A stretch of DNA of 64,000 bases from an uncultured Bacteroidaceae bacterium (GCA_934394435.1 CAKRRN010000008.1:4290-68289), one strand, 5' to 3'; counted from the first letter of the stretch, positions 36,961-47,613 are shown. Numbers and translations: made by a program. The notes: a model not told the origin generated them from the sequence alone.

Positions 36961-38142
36961 TCACTCAATATATAGTACCAATCCCTTCAGATACTCACCC
37001 TCTGGATGATAAATATTGATGGGATGGTCAGCTGGTTGATGCAACTGATGAAGAATGCGGACACGACGATGCGCCAACGTGGCTGCTGTAAAGACAGCCA
37101 TGCGGAACTGGTCTTTGCTTACAGCCTGTGAGCAACTGAAGGTAAACAGAATGCCTCCAGGTGCTATTTTCTCCATGGCTTTGGCATTCAGCTTAGTGTA
37201 CCCACGAAGGGCATTCTTTACCGCATCGCGATGTTTGGCAAAAGCTGGAGGATCCAGAACAACCAAATCATAAGGAACTGTCATCTCGTCAAGAAAGCGG
37301 AAAGCATCCTCGGCAAAAGCCTCGTGACGATTATCGTTGGGAAAATTCAGTTCCACGTTCGCACGCACCAGTTCCACAGCCTTGCTGCTGCTATCTACCG
37401 AATGTACCAAGCTGGCTCCTCCGCGAAGAGCATACACGCTAAATCCACCCGTATAGCAAAACATATTCAGCACCTTACGCCCACGAGCGTAGTGTTCAAG
37501 TAAGCTACGGTTCTCTCGTTGGTCTACAAAGAAACCGGTCTTCTGCCCCTTCAGCCAGTCTATATGGAAACGCAGTCCATTCTCCGTGGCTACGTCCGTA
37601 TGGCTTTCTCCCATCAGGAAGCCGTTACCTCCGTCCACCGTGGCCTTGATGGGTAAGGTGGTCTCGCTTTTATAAAAGATAGAATCCAGACGACTACCCA
37701 TCACCTGACTTAGAGCTTTGGCTATCTGCACACGACTGACGTGCATACCCACACTATGAGCCTGCATGACCGCAGTCTTCCCATATACGTCTATCACTAG
37801 ACCAGGCAAACCATCCCCCTCGCCATGTACCAAACGAAAGGTGTCTCCGTTTTCCGAATCAGCCAAGCCTATGGATTGGCGTACTTGAAGAGCTGTGGCA
37901 AGACGCTCTTGCCAGAAGGATTCGTCAATAAGCCGTTGCTCGAAAGAGAGAACACGTACGGCAATACTGCCCACTTGCCAATGTCCAAGGCAGAGGAAAT
38001 CACCCAGGCTATCAAGTACCGTCACTACATCTCCCTCCTCAGGATTTCCCTCCAGACGCATTACAGCACCTGAGAATATCCAGGGATGGAACCTTTTGAG
38101 GCTTTCTTCTTTGCCTCGTCGCAATATCACTTTTTTATCCAT
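36961..38142 (-). CDS. rlmI: Class I SAM-dependent rRNA methyltransferase (RlmI-like)
   Basis: 393 aa. N-terminal PUA-like block (LKRFHPWIFSGAV), SAM domain VLNMFCYTGGFSV and DPPAFAK. Confidence 0.8.
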   Translation of the reverse strand: MDKKVILRRGKEESLKRFHPWIFSGAVMRLEGNPEEGDVVTVLDSLGDFLCLGHWQVGSIAVRVLSFEQRLIDESFWQERLATALQVRQSIGLADSENGDTFRLVHGEGDGLPGLVIDVYGKTAVMQAHSVGMHVSRVQIAKALSQVMGSRLDSIFYKSETTLPIKATVDGGNGFLMGESHTDVATENGLRFHIDWLKGQKTGFFVDQRENRSLLEHYARGRKVLNMFCYTGGFSVYALRGGASLVHSVDSSSKAVELVRANVELNFPNDNRHEAFAEDAFRFLDEMTVPYDLVVLDPPAFAKHRDAVKNALRGYTKLNAKAMEKIAPGGILFTFSCSQAVSKDQFRMAVFTAATLAHRRVRILHQLHQPADHPINIYHPEGEYLKGLVLYIE

Positions 38143-38926
38143 TCTGTCCTGTTGTTTCTGTCATTTCATGCTTCACAGATTCGGTCCTCTTGCTTTTTGC
38201 CACGACACGACTCTTGCGTGTTCTCTGGGGTTTGGGATTCGTTTCTTCCGCAGACGTTTTGTTCTCAGTTGTTCCCTCCAAAACGAAATTTATCGGTCTA
38301 ACAGGATCCGATACAGGCATTACCTGCAAGAGATAACCTGCTGAGCGCAGTTGCATCATTCTTTCGTATAATTGTATGCATGCCCAAGCGTCTGTGGCAG
38401 CATACTGCTTCTGTGCATCGCTCAAGATGTCCGCCTCCCAGTTTGAGAGTCGTTGTGCCTTGCTGATACGTCCGCCCAACAAATTGGCGTACAGTTTTTG
38501 CAGACTAAGGTCCTTCAATCCCATCTCCTTGGCTATCTGCTGAATCTCAATAAAAGTTCCTGGCATAAAACTCTCTCTGCGCTGCAATCCGAAAAGGTCA
38601 TCACGCCAGGAAAGTCCCACCTTTATGGTTTCACCTTCGTCAGAAAGCAGTCGGATCAGACACTTAGGCAATCCGATAACATTCAGCCGAAACAGGAAAC
38701 AAACCTCTCTACTACTTACTTGCATAAGAGCGACAAGCGAAGAATGTCCTTTTTGAAACTGTGGTTTTGTTTCCGTATCAAACCCAAGAATTGGTTGCGA
38801 CAGCAAATAAGCCACGGCCTTCTCCGCTTCATACTCACTTTGTACCACCTCTATGCGTCCTTCGAAAAGAACACGCTCAAGCCCACTTATGTTTTCCTTG
38901 TCGAACTTATCTAATATTGTCTCCAT
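38135..38926 (-). CDS. 3'-5' exonuclease domain protein (RNase D/DnaQ-like)
   Basis: ILGFDTETKP (ExoI DxE) and QKQYAATDAWA (ExoIII Y-x3-D), with a basic C-terminal tail. Confidence 0.7.
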   Translation of the reverse strand: METILDKFDKENISGLERVLFEGRIEVVQSEYEAEKAVAYLLSQPILGFDTETKPQFQKGHSSLVALMQVSSREVCFLFRLNVIGLPKCLIRLLSDEGETIKVGLSWRDDLFGLQRRESFMPGTFIEIQQIAKEMGLKDLSLQKLYANLLGGRISKAQRLSNWEADILSDAQKQYAATDAWACIQLYERMMQLRSAGYLLQVMPVSDPVRPINFVLEGTTENKTSAEETNPKPQRTRKSRVVAKSKRTESVKHEMTETTGQNG

Positions 38927-39455
38927 CCCCCTGCTTGTCCATCGTATATTTCAAGCGGTGCAGACGTCGAAGACTATTGACCAACGTTTGCCCCCAGTAA
39001 AGTTCAAAACTATCACGTACTGCCCAAAGAGCATCTTCCATACAATGCTCCAAGCGCTGTTGGTAAACCCACACAAAATTACGTAAGGGTTGATACACGT
39101 CTGCCAAAGACTCGCTCAAACTCACCCATCTACACTCGTCTGTGTCGCTGGCTTCGTCCCTTACCAGATCCTCGTATTCGTCCCAATCCTTTAGAACATC
39201 CTTCACACATCCGCGCACATATTCATAATCCTGTTCCGTCACATGGTCATCAGCAAGAAACTGACCGTCTGTCTCCATTGGGTCGAGCGTCTGACCATGC
39301 CAATACAACACAGGGACCAGGCGAAGCATATCATTCACGAATTCCATACGATCACGCCCCGCACATTGCTCCAACGCAGCACAAAACTCTGTGGCTGCTG
39401 TCAGAAACTCCATTACAGGACGAGCATAAATCGTTTTTTTCAATTCTTCTTTCAT
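38907..39455 (-). CDS. DUF5063-like protein
   Basis: 182 aa, acidic and helical. Its position next to the exonuclease and rlmI-like gene is the usual Bacteroidales neighbourhood. The assignment is from memory. Confidence 0.55.
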   Translation of the reverse strand: MKEELKKTIYARPVMEFLTAATEFCAALEQCAGRDRMEFVNDMLRLVPVLYWHGQTLDPMETDGQFLADDHVTEQDYEYVRGCVKDVLKDWDEYEDLVRDEASDTDECRWVSLSESLADVYQPLRNFVWVYQQRLEHCMEDALWAVRDSFELYWGQTLVNSLRRLHRLKYTMDKQGDGDNIR

Positions 39456-39599
39456 TCTGCCACTATAGCATTTTCTTTATCCATGCAAAGATACGAAAAT
39501 TCCTTTTCCCTACACGGCTAATGAGCATCATTTTTGCATTTGGGAAACTCATCTGACCCAAGTTCCCAAATCGGACAAAGAGAGCCAAAACAGCACTGT

Positions 39600-40982
39600 C
39601 TAAATGTGGCAAGCACTTCGCAAAGGACTACGCTTCAGAATTAGGAAAAAGATACAAAAGAGGACGGTGGCATTTATGACCCAACTGATAGGATAGCAAT
39701 AAGACAGGAAGGCAAGCGTGGGATTGAGCGGAAACACACGATAGAGCCAGAGAAGCCGCACTCCGCAAATAAAAAAAACGCATACCAGCGTAGGCGTGAG
39801 CGAATGTCCCAAAGCCCGAAGCAATCCAGAGAGAGTCTCATTGCAGGAATGTACCGCATAGAAGGTCAACACAATGATGATGCGCTGGGCAGACAGACGG
39901 ATGACCTCTGGCTCCGAAGAGAACAAGGAACTCAGGGGAGAGGCAAAAAACACAAACACCAGGCTGACAAACATGGTGGCTCCCGCACCCAGCAAGATAG
40001 TGTCGCGAATAACCCTACGGCACCTTGCATAGAGCTTTGCCCCATGGTTCTGACTGAGAAAAGAGGTTCCTGCTTGAGCAAAAGCATTTGCCACAAAATA
40101 ACAGAAGTAATCGTAATTGAGCGAAACGGTATTGGCAGCTATTGCCGTGGAGCCCAAAGAATTGATTCCACCCTGAATCAGCACATTAGAGAAATTGAAC
40201 ATCATGCCCTGTACACCAGCAGGTATACCGATTACGGCAATACTACGCAACGTTTCCCAATGAATGCGAATCTGACTAAGATGCAACCGCAAGCCGCCAT
40301 GCTCCTTACGCAAAAGATGCGTCAACATGATAGAACTAAGCACAGAAGAGATGAGTGTGGCTATTGCCACTCCCTCTACACTCATGTGGCATCTTACCAC
40401 GAAAAACAGATTGAGTGCCACATTTACCACTCCGCTCAGAGCCATCACTATCAGAGGACGACGGGTGTCACCCTTGCTACGCAAAACAGCCGCGGAGAAA
40501 TTCATCAGCATCATAAAGGGCATTCCCAGAAAATAAATGCGGAAATAGAGTACTGCCAAATTCATAATCTCCGCTGGGGTGTCAAGCCAGAGGAGTATCC
40601 TGTCTGCAGCAAACCAGCCGAATACTGCCAGAAAGACTCCGCTCACGAGGGAAAGGGCTATAGAAGTATGTACTGCATATGAGACACGGCGCTCATCTTG
40701 CTCACCCAAGAAACGAGCTATCACCACATTGGCTCCCACACTCAGACCCACAAAAAGATTGATCATCAGATTGATGATGAAGGCATTGGCCCCAACGGCA
40801 GCTAAAGCAGAGCTACTGGCAAAACGCCCCACCACAGCCACGTCTGCGGCATTAAGCAACTGCTGCAGGAAAGCGGTACCTGCCACAGGAAGTGCAAACC
40901 ACACCATCTTGATGGCTATCGGACCGTTAAGCATGTCCAAGTGAGAGGATTCACGCTCTTGAGGAGTGTTGTTATTCTGCAT
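39600..40982 (-). CDS. MATE-family efflux transporter
   Basis: 460 aa, 12 TM. N-terminus GPIAIKMVWFALPVAGTAFLQQLLNAADVAVVG is typical of the MatE repeat. Confidence 0.85.
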   Translation of the reverse strand: MQNNNTPQERESSHLDMLNGPIAIKMVWFALPVAGTAFLQQLLNAADVAVVGRFASSSALAAVGANAFIINLMINLFVGLSVGANVVIARFLGEQDERRVSYAVHTSIALSLVSGVFLAVFGWFAADRILLWLDTPAEIMNLAVLYFRIYFLGMPFMMLMNFSAAVLRSKGDTRRPLIVMALSGVVNVALNLFFVVRCHMSVEGVAIATLISSVLSSIMLTHLLRKEHGGLRLHLSQIRIHWETLRSIAVIGIPAGVQGMMFNFSNVLIQGGINSLGSTAIAANTVSLNYDYFCYFVANAFAQAGTSFLSQNHGAKLYARCRRVIRDTILLGAGATMFVSLVFVFFASPLSSLFSSEPEVIRLSAQRIIIVLTFYAVHSCNETLSGLLRALGHSLTPTLVCVFFICGVRLLWLYRVFPLNPTLAFLSYCYPISWVINATVLFCIFFLILKRSPLRSACHI

Positions 40983-41013
40983 TTATCTTGCTGAGGTTTT
41001 AAAAGTGAAAAAT

Positions 41014-41056
41014 ACGGTCTGGCTCTCCTTATTCAAAGAGTCAGACCGTTTTTTTT
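41014..41056. terminator. Bidirectional intrinsic terminator
   Basis: 13-bp stem ACGGTCTGGCTCT / AGAGTCAGACCGT (one G-U on plus) followed by T7-8 on plus. A-run/T5 context on minus, downstream of the OMP gene stop (41129). Confidence 0.6.
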
Positions 41057-41128
41057 GAACAGATACTTTCTGACATAATGACTTCTACACTCCTCTCTGA
41101 GGAGTCTACGTCATACAAACTTGTGGGT

Positions 41129-42721
41129 TTAGAACTTATAGCCCAACGTACATACGATGCTTTGCCGCGTCATGTTCACATCCACAGGATTGATACTGAC
41201 ATTCTTCAACTCTGGATTAGCTTGAGTAAAAGAGGTCTCGCCCTGTGCGAAAGAGGTATCGAAGGCATGGAAGTCGGCACTCTGATTGCGCACCTTATAC
41301 GCCAAATCTACATAGAAGCCCTTCAAGCGGTAACCCACGCCCAAAGTGAGGATGTTGGTGTCGCCCCAACGCATGTAGCTGGTGCTGGTGGCATAGTCCA
41401 TGGCTGCACTATTGATGTTGTACTGGTCAAAACCCACTTGGTTCTTATACGCTGAGGTGATATAGTTGTAACCAAGTCGCAAGGCAAGTGCGCTCACGGG
41501 ACGATACTCCACGCCCGCACGCAGGGTATGTACTCCCTTTAGGGTCTGTTTGGTATGCTGGTTCATAGCCTTGTCGGTAGTGTTGGAAAACGAGCTGTGA
41601 TAGTTGTCCCACTCGTCATACTTAGGATAACCCATGTGCATGCTACCATAGTTGGCATACTCATAGTCCACATCCCAAGCAAAAGACTTGCCCACGGTAC
41701 TTCCCATGCTGGCACGCACCTTCCATGGAGAGCGTACGGTATATTCCAGATAACTCTCCTTCTGGTCTGTACGCTGGTTCCCCACCAGGTCGGTAAGGTC
41801 ATACAGGGTACTACTCTTTAGCCTATACCACGTGGGGGTTTCTACAGCCAGACCCATTCTGAAAGGATTATTTTCGATGGGACGCACGATGAAGCCCAAT
41901 TTTACGTTGACACCATAGCCCGTTATCTTATGGTCATTATAAAGTGAATAATCGCCCTGTACGGTTTCCTTCTGGTCATTCACATAGCTATTCTGCTCTG
42001 TATACTCTGTCCAAGAGCGATAGTCCACATTATCGAATCCTATATTCAAGCCCACATAAGTGCGATCCATAACGTTGGCACTGAAGTTAATATCATAGCC
42101 CTGCAGACTTCCTGCCGAGTGTCGTGTGTAGAAACTTCTTTCGCCACCGTACTTGTTATAGTAGCCAGTCGCCTTGTCTGGATTTTGCTCATCACCGTAG
42201 ATAGGGGTCAGCCACTGGTTGTCCACCGCCAAACCTGCCAGATTGTACTGCGTATCATAGGCACTCGAAGCCAGTTCGGCTATCTGGTCCATCTGACTGA
42301 GCCCATTCAGATTGGCATTATCTGCATAGAAATTATAATTGTAGTTGGCTTTCTTCTGATAGTTGAAACCGACGTTGAAGTAGGGACACTTTTCGTTTCC
42401 CATCCTCACGCTGTACACAAATCCCATCTGGTCAAAAGTACCCGTACCACGATTCTCAGTATCAATTCGTTGTTTGTTCCATTGTCCGCCGAAGGTGAGT
42501 CCCACGTCGCTCTTGCGATAAAGACCTATGCCAGCAGGGTTCCAACTCATTACGCCCAGATCCGCGCCCAATGCACCCATTGCACCACCCATACCCACAT
42601 AACGTGCGGTACCGATTAGATCTTGAGAACTGTTGGTCAACTGCTCGTTCATAAATGTATTCTGCGCCTGTCCCCCTGTTGCCACAAGGAGCAACACGGT
42701 TGCCAAATCTACTCTTTTCAT
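41129..42721 (-). CDS. Outer-membrane beta-barrel protein (FadL/PorV-like)
   Basis: Signal peptide, N-terminal ARYVGMGGAMGALGAD...WNPAGIG motif, alternating beta-strand pattern and a C-terminal ...CTLGYKF. Confidence 0.6.
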   Translation of the reverse strand: MKRVDLATVLLLVATGGQAQNTFMNEQLTNSSQDLIGTARYVGMGGAMGALGADLGVMSWNPAGIGLYRKSDVGLTFGGQWNKQRIDTENRGTGTFDQMGFVYSVRMGNEKCPYFNVGFNYQKKANYNYNFYADNANLNGLSQMDQIAELASSAYDTQYNLAGLAVDNQWLTPIYGDEQNPDKATGYYNKYGGERSFYTRHSAGSLQGYDINFSANVMDRTYVGLNIGFDNVDYRSWTEYTEQNSYVNDQKETVQGDYSLYNDHKITGYGVNVKLGFIVRPIENNPFRMGLAVETPTWYRLKSSTLYDLTDLVGNQRTDQKESYLEYTVRSPWKVRASMGSTVGKSFAWDVDYEYANYGSMHMGYPKYDEWDNYHSSFSNTTDKAMNQHTKQTLKGVHTLRAGVEYRPVSALALRLGYNYITSAYKNQVGFDQYNINSAAMDYATSTSYMRWGDTNILTLGVGYRLKGFYVDLAYKVRNQSADFHAFDTSFAQGETSFTQANPELKNVSINPVDVNMTRQSIVCTLGYKF

Positions 42722-42784
42722 AAGATTTTTCCTAATATCCGAAATAGGTTTATAGTTTCTTCACTTTTTTATCTCATCACATCT

Positions 42785-43861
42785 TTAACGACCACCGCGA
42801 CCGCCACCTCCGTGAGAACCACCACTGAAGCCACCGCCTCCGCGAGAACCACCACCGAAGCCACCGCCACTGAAGCCACCGCCACTGAAGCCACCGCCAC
42901 GAGAACCTCCACTATACGAAGAAGATGAGCCACGACTGTAAGTTGAGTTGGAAGACCCACGGCTATAAGTCGAACTGGAGGAGCCACGGCTATAAGAGTC
43001 AGAGGAACGACTACCAGTAACTCCTGTACGTCCGCCACGCTGAACCGTAGAGGAGCCATAAGAGCGCGTACCTGTTGCAGAACGTCCATACGAGGATCCC
43101 ATACGAGAGGAACCTACTCTGCCACCCCGAACGGTGGATGAATAATTACCACCACCAGTCATGTATCTTCCGCCACGCTCACCATGGTTGCGGTAGGCAA
43201 GGCTTGGACGATGGGGAACAAAGTCGCGATAATATCCGTGAGGACCCCATCCGCAATCCCATCCTGGATGATGATGCCAGCCCCATCCCCAGTCAAACCA
43301 GCTATAGTAGCCATAATGATAATAGGGCATATACCATCCATACCAAGGATCATACCAGGGGTCGTACCATCCGTAACAGATGTCCCACATGAAGGGGTCA
43401 TAAAAGTAACGACCTCTAAACCGATAAAGCCTGGAGGAATAATAATAGTCATCATCGTAATATCCTGCTTCGTCACGATATCGGTCTGATGGCTCAGGAT
43501 CCACACCGTAAGCTTCATCCATTTTTTGTCCTGGCGCATAACGACTGGCAACAGCATTACCGCTACTGTCAACCGTGCTCACGTATAGTGTGTCGCCGAC
43601 CAGACGAGTTGTAACCTTGTCCGACGAACTACCTCTACGATTATACTCATCCACATTTCTCAACTTACCCGTATGATAATCGGCATCCGCATCGTCTGAG
43701 GATTCTACAGGAGTGGAATCCACGCGTATTGGCTTTACGGTTTTCTCTGTCTTGGCCTTTTTCTTACCCGGAACGAAATACATGTCATCGTCTGTGCTTT
43801 GTGCCAGCATCGTCAGAGGAAGTGCTGAAAGGGCCAGAAGTAACATCACTTTTGTTTTCAT
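42785..43861 (-). CDS. Secreted low-complexity protein with a W/Y/P-rich core and S/G/R (RGG/FG-like) tail
   Basis: Signal peptide MKTKVMLLLALSALPLTMLAQ. Core YGWYDPWYDPWYGWYMPYYHYGYYSWFDWGWGWHHHPGWDCGWGPHGYY. Tail SRGSSSSTYSRGSSNSTYSRGSSSSYSGGSRGGGFSGGGFSGGGFGGGSRGGGG.... Confidence 0.6.
   Translation of the reverse strand: MKTKVMLLLALSALPLTMLAQSTDDDMYFVPGKKKAKTEKTVKPIRVDSTPVESSDDADADYHTGKLRNVDEYNRRGSSSDKVTTRLVGDTLYVSTVDSSGNAVASRYAPGQKMDEAYGVDPEPSDRYRDEAGYYDDDYYYSSRLYRFRGRYFYDPFMWDICYGWYDPWYDPWYGWYMPYYHYGYYSWFDWGWGWHHHPGWDCGWGPHGYYRDFVPHRPSLAYRNHGERGGRYMTGGGNYSSTVRGGRVGSSRMGSSYGRSATGTRSYGSSTVQRGGRTGVTGSRSSDSYSRGSSSSTYSRGSSNSTYSRGSSSSYSGGSRGGGFSGGGFSGGGFGGGSRGGGGFSGGSHGGGGRGGR
42857..42901. 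repeat. 3 x 15-bp in-frame tandem repeat (encodes GGGFS units)
   Basis: GAAGCCACCGCCACT at 42857 and 42872, and GAAGCCACCGCCACG at 42887. Confidence 0.8.
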
Positions 43862-44024
43862 ATTCCTTGTTGTTTTATTTTAACATCACAAAGTTAGCCT
43901 CTTTCAGCGAGACATCCAAAAGGATTTAACCTATTTGCAAGAGGAAAATTCCCCCATTAGACTTTTTTATGATAATTTTGTCGTCTGATAAAGATTTTCA
44001 TCTGAAGCAACCATACACAAAATC

Positions 44025-44891
44025 ATGAAGTATACAGAAGTCACATTTCAGATTACGCCTTACAGCCAAACGGCATCTGACCTCCTGGCGGCTCTGCTGG
44101 GCGAAGAGGGATTCGAAACATTCGAAGACACAGAGAACGGACTGAAAGCTTACATACAACAAACTCTTTGGAACGAGCAACAAGTACGTTCCGCGCTTAA
44201 AGAATTTCCCCTGGAGAATTGCCACATTGACTTTTTGGCACAGGAAGCACCTTACCAGGACTGGAACCAAACATGGGAGGAAGAGGGTTTCCAACCAGTG
44301 ACCATAGGAACGACAATCGTTGTTCACGACACCAAACACACCAACGTCCCACACATGCCCTACGACATCTGTATATCACCAAGGCAAGCTTTCGGAACAG
44401 GAAACCATTACACCACACGCATGATTCTGCAATGGATCTCAGAGAAAGACCTAAAAGGAATGCAGGTGGTGGATGCTGGTACGGGTACGGGGGTGCTCAG
44501 CATCATGTGCGTAATGAAGGGGGCGGAACACATTCTGGCATACGACATCGATGAATGGAGTGCCGACAACGCACGAGACAATCTCTTGCTCAACGGCATC
44601 GGTTCGGCAAAAGTGGAAGTGAAGTTGGGGGATGCCTCTTTGCTGAAAGACGTGACGGGTATCAACCTGCTGATGGCCAATATTAACAGGAATATTCTGT
44701 TGGCAGACATGCAAACATTTATAAATACACTTGCCGATGAAGGCTTACTGGTCTTGAGCGGATTCTACGAGGAGGACGTGCCCATGCTGATGGGAGAAGC
44801 CGAGCGTATGGGCATGCACCCATGCGACATGAAGACGACAGACCACTGGACCATGTTGGTACTGAAAAAGGAGGGAAAGCATCTTCGCTAA
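44025..44891 (+). CDS. prmA: Ribosomal protein L11 methyltransferase
   Basis: 288 aa. PrmA N-terminal pattern and SAM motif VVDAGTGTGVLSI. Confidence 0.9.
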   Translation: MKYTEVTFQITPYSQTASDLLAALLGEEGFETFEDTENGLKAYIQQTLWNEQQVRSALKEFPLENCHIDFLAQEAPYQDWNQTWEEEGFQPVTIGTTIVVHDTKHTNVPHMPYDICISPRQAFGTGNHYTTRMILQWISEKDLKGMQVVDAGTGTGVLSIMCVMKGAEHILAYDIDEWSADNARDNLLLNGIGSAKVEVKLGDASLLKDVTGINLLMANINRNILLADMQTFINTLADEGLLVLSGFYEEDVPMLMGEAERMGMHPCDMKTTDHWTMLVLKKEGKHLR

Positions 44892-44971
44892 GCCAATGAG
44901 CAAAGTGATGCTTGTTTCTGCTTTGCCATAGCAAGAAAATAAAGGGTTACTCCCCAGAGTGTGTATAGAGG

Positions 44972-46213
44972 TCACTCAAACCTAATGCTACGCGCTGGAT
45001 GAATGGTAGAAATAATACAACTGGGCAATACAAGTGCGAGCATACTGGCCACAAGGGTGAAAAGATTGATCAGAAGGAAATAAGGCCAACAGAAGAGTAC
45101 TGGGACGCAATCCACATAATAGACATCGGCATCCAAGTGAATCAAGCCTGTAAAATGCTGAAGAGCGAGCAGACCCAAGGCAAGCAAATTGCCAAACAAC
45201 ATGCCACGGAGTATGATAAACGAGGCATAGTGCAAGAAGAGTGTACGCATCTCACCATTGGTGGCACCCATGGCTTTCATCACACCAATAAAGTTGGTAC
45301 GCTCCAGAATGATGATAAGCAGACCGCTAATCATCGTAAAGCCTGCCACACAGGTCATGAGAATGAGAATCACCCACACATCCATATCTAACAAGTGAAG
45401 CCAAGCAAATACCTGAGGGTAAAGCTCACGGATAGTCATCGACGTATATTGCGCACCATAAGCATCCTGTTTCTTATTGATTCTCTTTACAATACGATTA
45501 CTTACCTCGTCTAACCGTTCAAAGTCGCTCACCAGAACCTCTGCTCCTGAAAACTGGTTGGTATCCCACCCCAGCAGACGATGTACCGTATACAAATCAG
45601 CAAACACAATTTGACTGTCAAAGTCAGACAGATGAGTGCAATATATTCCGCTTACACGAAAACGACGTGCCCTAACAGCGTTCTCGAAGAAATAGGCATA
45701 GACGTCTGACCCAACTTTCAGCCTCAACTTATTTGCCAGCTGACTGGAGATAAGGAGTTGCCCAGAAGATGCCGAGTCGGTAAACACAGGCATCTCGCCC
45801 TCCACCAAATGACTGGAAAGGAAGTTTGTATCATACTCCTGCCCCACCCCACGAAACATCACTCCTTGGAAAGTGTCATCTGTCTTCAGCATTCCTGGTT
45901 TGGTACAGAATCGTTGTACATGAGCAACACCCGATACAGAAGAGAGACGCTTCATCACATCCTCATCTATCACGATGGGTTTCATCTCCTCCGCACCCAG
46001 ACTCTCATAACTGAACACTTGTACATGCGCCCCGAAACCAAGCAGCTTCGACTGCACCTCCTTCTGAAAGGCAAGCGCAATAGAGACACTTATAAGCATT
46101 ACAGCCACTCCTATGGCAACGCCCAACGTGGATATGCTGATGGCTGGACGCGACACCCGTCCCACATCACTCTGATGTGAAAACATGCGCTTAGCCATCA
46201 TCCATGTGTACAT
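44972..46213 (-). CDS. LolE/FtsX-family ABC transporter permease
   Basis: 413 aa with an N-terminal TM, a MacB-like periplasmic domain and a C-terminal FtsX 3-TM bundle. Confidence 0.8.
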   Translation of the reverse strand: MYTWMMAKRMFSHQSDVGRVSRPAISISTLGVAIGVAVMLISVSIALAFQKEVQSKLLGFGAHVQVFSYESLGAEEMKPIVIDEDVMKRLSSVSGVAHVQRFCTKPGMLKTDDTFQGVMFRGVGQEYDTNFLSSHLVEGEMPVFTDSASSGQLLISSQLANKLRLKVGSDVYAYFFENAVRARRFRVSGIYCTHLSDFDSQIVFADLYTVHRLLGWDTNQFSGAEVLVSDFERLDEVSNRIVKRINKKQDAYGAQYTSMTIRELYPQVFAWLHLLDMDVWVILILMTCVAGFTMISGLLIIILERTNFIGVMKAMGATNGEMRTLFLHYASFIILRGMLFGNLLALGLLALQHFTGLIHLDADVYYVDCVPVLFCWPYFLLINLFTLVASMLALVLPSCIISTIHPARSIRFE

Positions 46214-46292
46214 GCCTCTCTCTCTTATATTACTTACTTCTTACTTGTGAGATACAAAATAGAAGGACAAAATGTCTTACCCTTCCTTCTCC

Positions 46293-47492
46293 CTACCGAA
46301 TGGTGCCAGGATAGGCTTCCAACGCCTTCTGAAGGACAAAGAGAGCACGGTTAAGGTCTTCCTTCTTGAGTACGTATGCCAAACGTACCTGATCGCGTCC
46401 CGCTCCAGGAGTCGTATAGAAACCTGCTGCAGGAGCCATCATCACGGTCTCACCCTCATAGTTAAAATCGCTCAAGCACCATGCACAAAACTTCTCTGCA
46501 TCGTCAACTGGCAACTTGGCAACCGTATAAAAGGCACCCATAGGAATGGGGCTATAGACTCCAGGAATACGGTTCAGTCCGTCTATCAGACACTTTCTCC
46601 GCTCCACATACTCGTCATATACTTCCCTGCCATACTCCTCTGGCTCATCCAGACTGGCCTCCGCAGCAATCTGACCTATCAATGGAGGACTAAGGCGAGC
46701 CTGGCAGAATTTCATTACAGCCTGACGCACCTGAGCATTCTTGGTTATCAAGGCACCTATGCGGATGCCACATTCGCTATAACGCTTACTGACGGAATCA
46801 ATGAGCACTACGTTCTGCTCTATACCCTCCAGATGACAAGCACTTATATAAGGACTACCCGTATAGATAAACTCACGATACACCTCGTCTGAGAAGAGAT
46901 AAAGGTCATACTTCTTCACCAAGTCGCGTATCTGATTCATCTCCCTGCGTGTGTAGAGATACCCTGTTGGGTTGTTGGGATTGCAGATGAGGATAGCTCG
47001 AGTGCGCTCGTTGATGAGTTGCTCAAACTTCTCCACCTTGGGCAAAGAGAAACCCTCATCGATAGTTGTCGCTATGGTTCGGATGACAGCACCTGCCGAA
47101 ATGGCAAATGCCATATAGTTGGCATAGGCTGGCTCTGGTACGATAATCTCGTCACCTGGATTCAGACACGCTAAAAAGGAGAACAGCACAGCCTCAGATC
47201 CACCACTGGTGATGATGATATCCTCTGGAGTAAGATTGATGTGGTACTTTTCATAATACTTCACCAATTTGGTCCTATAGCTCAGATATCCCTGACTCGG
47301 ACTGTACTCCAAAATCTGACGGTCTATATTCTTAATTGCGTCAATCGCCGCTCGGGGAGTGGGCAGGTCTGGCTGTCCGATATTCAGATGATAAACATGG
47401 ACACCTCTCTGCTTGGCTGCATAAGCCAAGGGAGAAAGTTTCCTAATAGGAGACTCAGGCATCTGCATACCTCGAGAGGAAATTTCTGGCAT
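46293..47492 (-). CDS. PLP-dependent aminotransferase, class I (aspartate/aromatic-type)
   Basis: 399 aa from MPEISSRGMQMPESPIRKL. Contains NPNNPTG and the SVSKRYSECGIRIG (PLP lysine) blocks. Confidence 0.85.
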   Translation of the reverse strand: MPEISSRGMQMPESPIRKLSPLAYAAKQRGVHVYHLNIGQPDLPTPRAAIDAIKNIDRQILEYSPSQGYLSYRTKLVKYYEKYHINLTPEDIIITSGGSEAVLFSFLACLNPGDEIIVPEPAYANYMAFAISAGAVIRTIATTIDEGFSLPKVEKFEQLINERTRAILICNPNNPTGYLYTRREMNQIRDLVKKYDLYLFSDEVYREFIYTGSPYISACHLEGIEQNVVLIDSVSKRYSECGIRIGALITKNAQVRQAVMKFCQARLSPPLIGQIAAEASLDEPEEYGREVYDEYVERRKCLIDGLNRIPGVYSPIPMGAFYTVAKLPVDDAEKFCAWCLSDFNYEGETVMMAPAAGFYTTPGAGRDQVRLAYVLKKEDLNRALFVLQKALEAYPGTIR

Positions 47493-47613
47493 TATCTTAT
47501 CCTGTTTGATTTGTTTGGTCCTGCAAAGGTACAACAAAAGCGCAAAACACAAGCCATCGCACTAACGATTTGTTTTCCCCAGTCATTTCTCTTCCCCTAT
47601 GCCAACTGGGTAC

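Noticed and set aside
39564-39573. Solitary CCCAAATCGG 10-mer matching the MITE TIR core.
   Set aside because: It is a single half-site with no partner or flanking similarity, which is compatible with chance.
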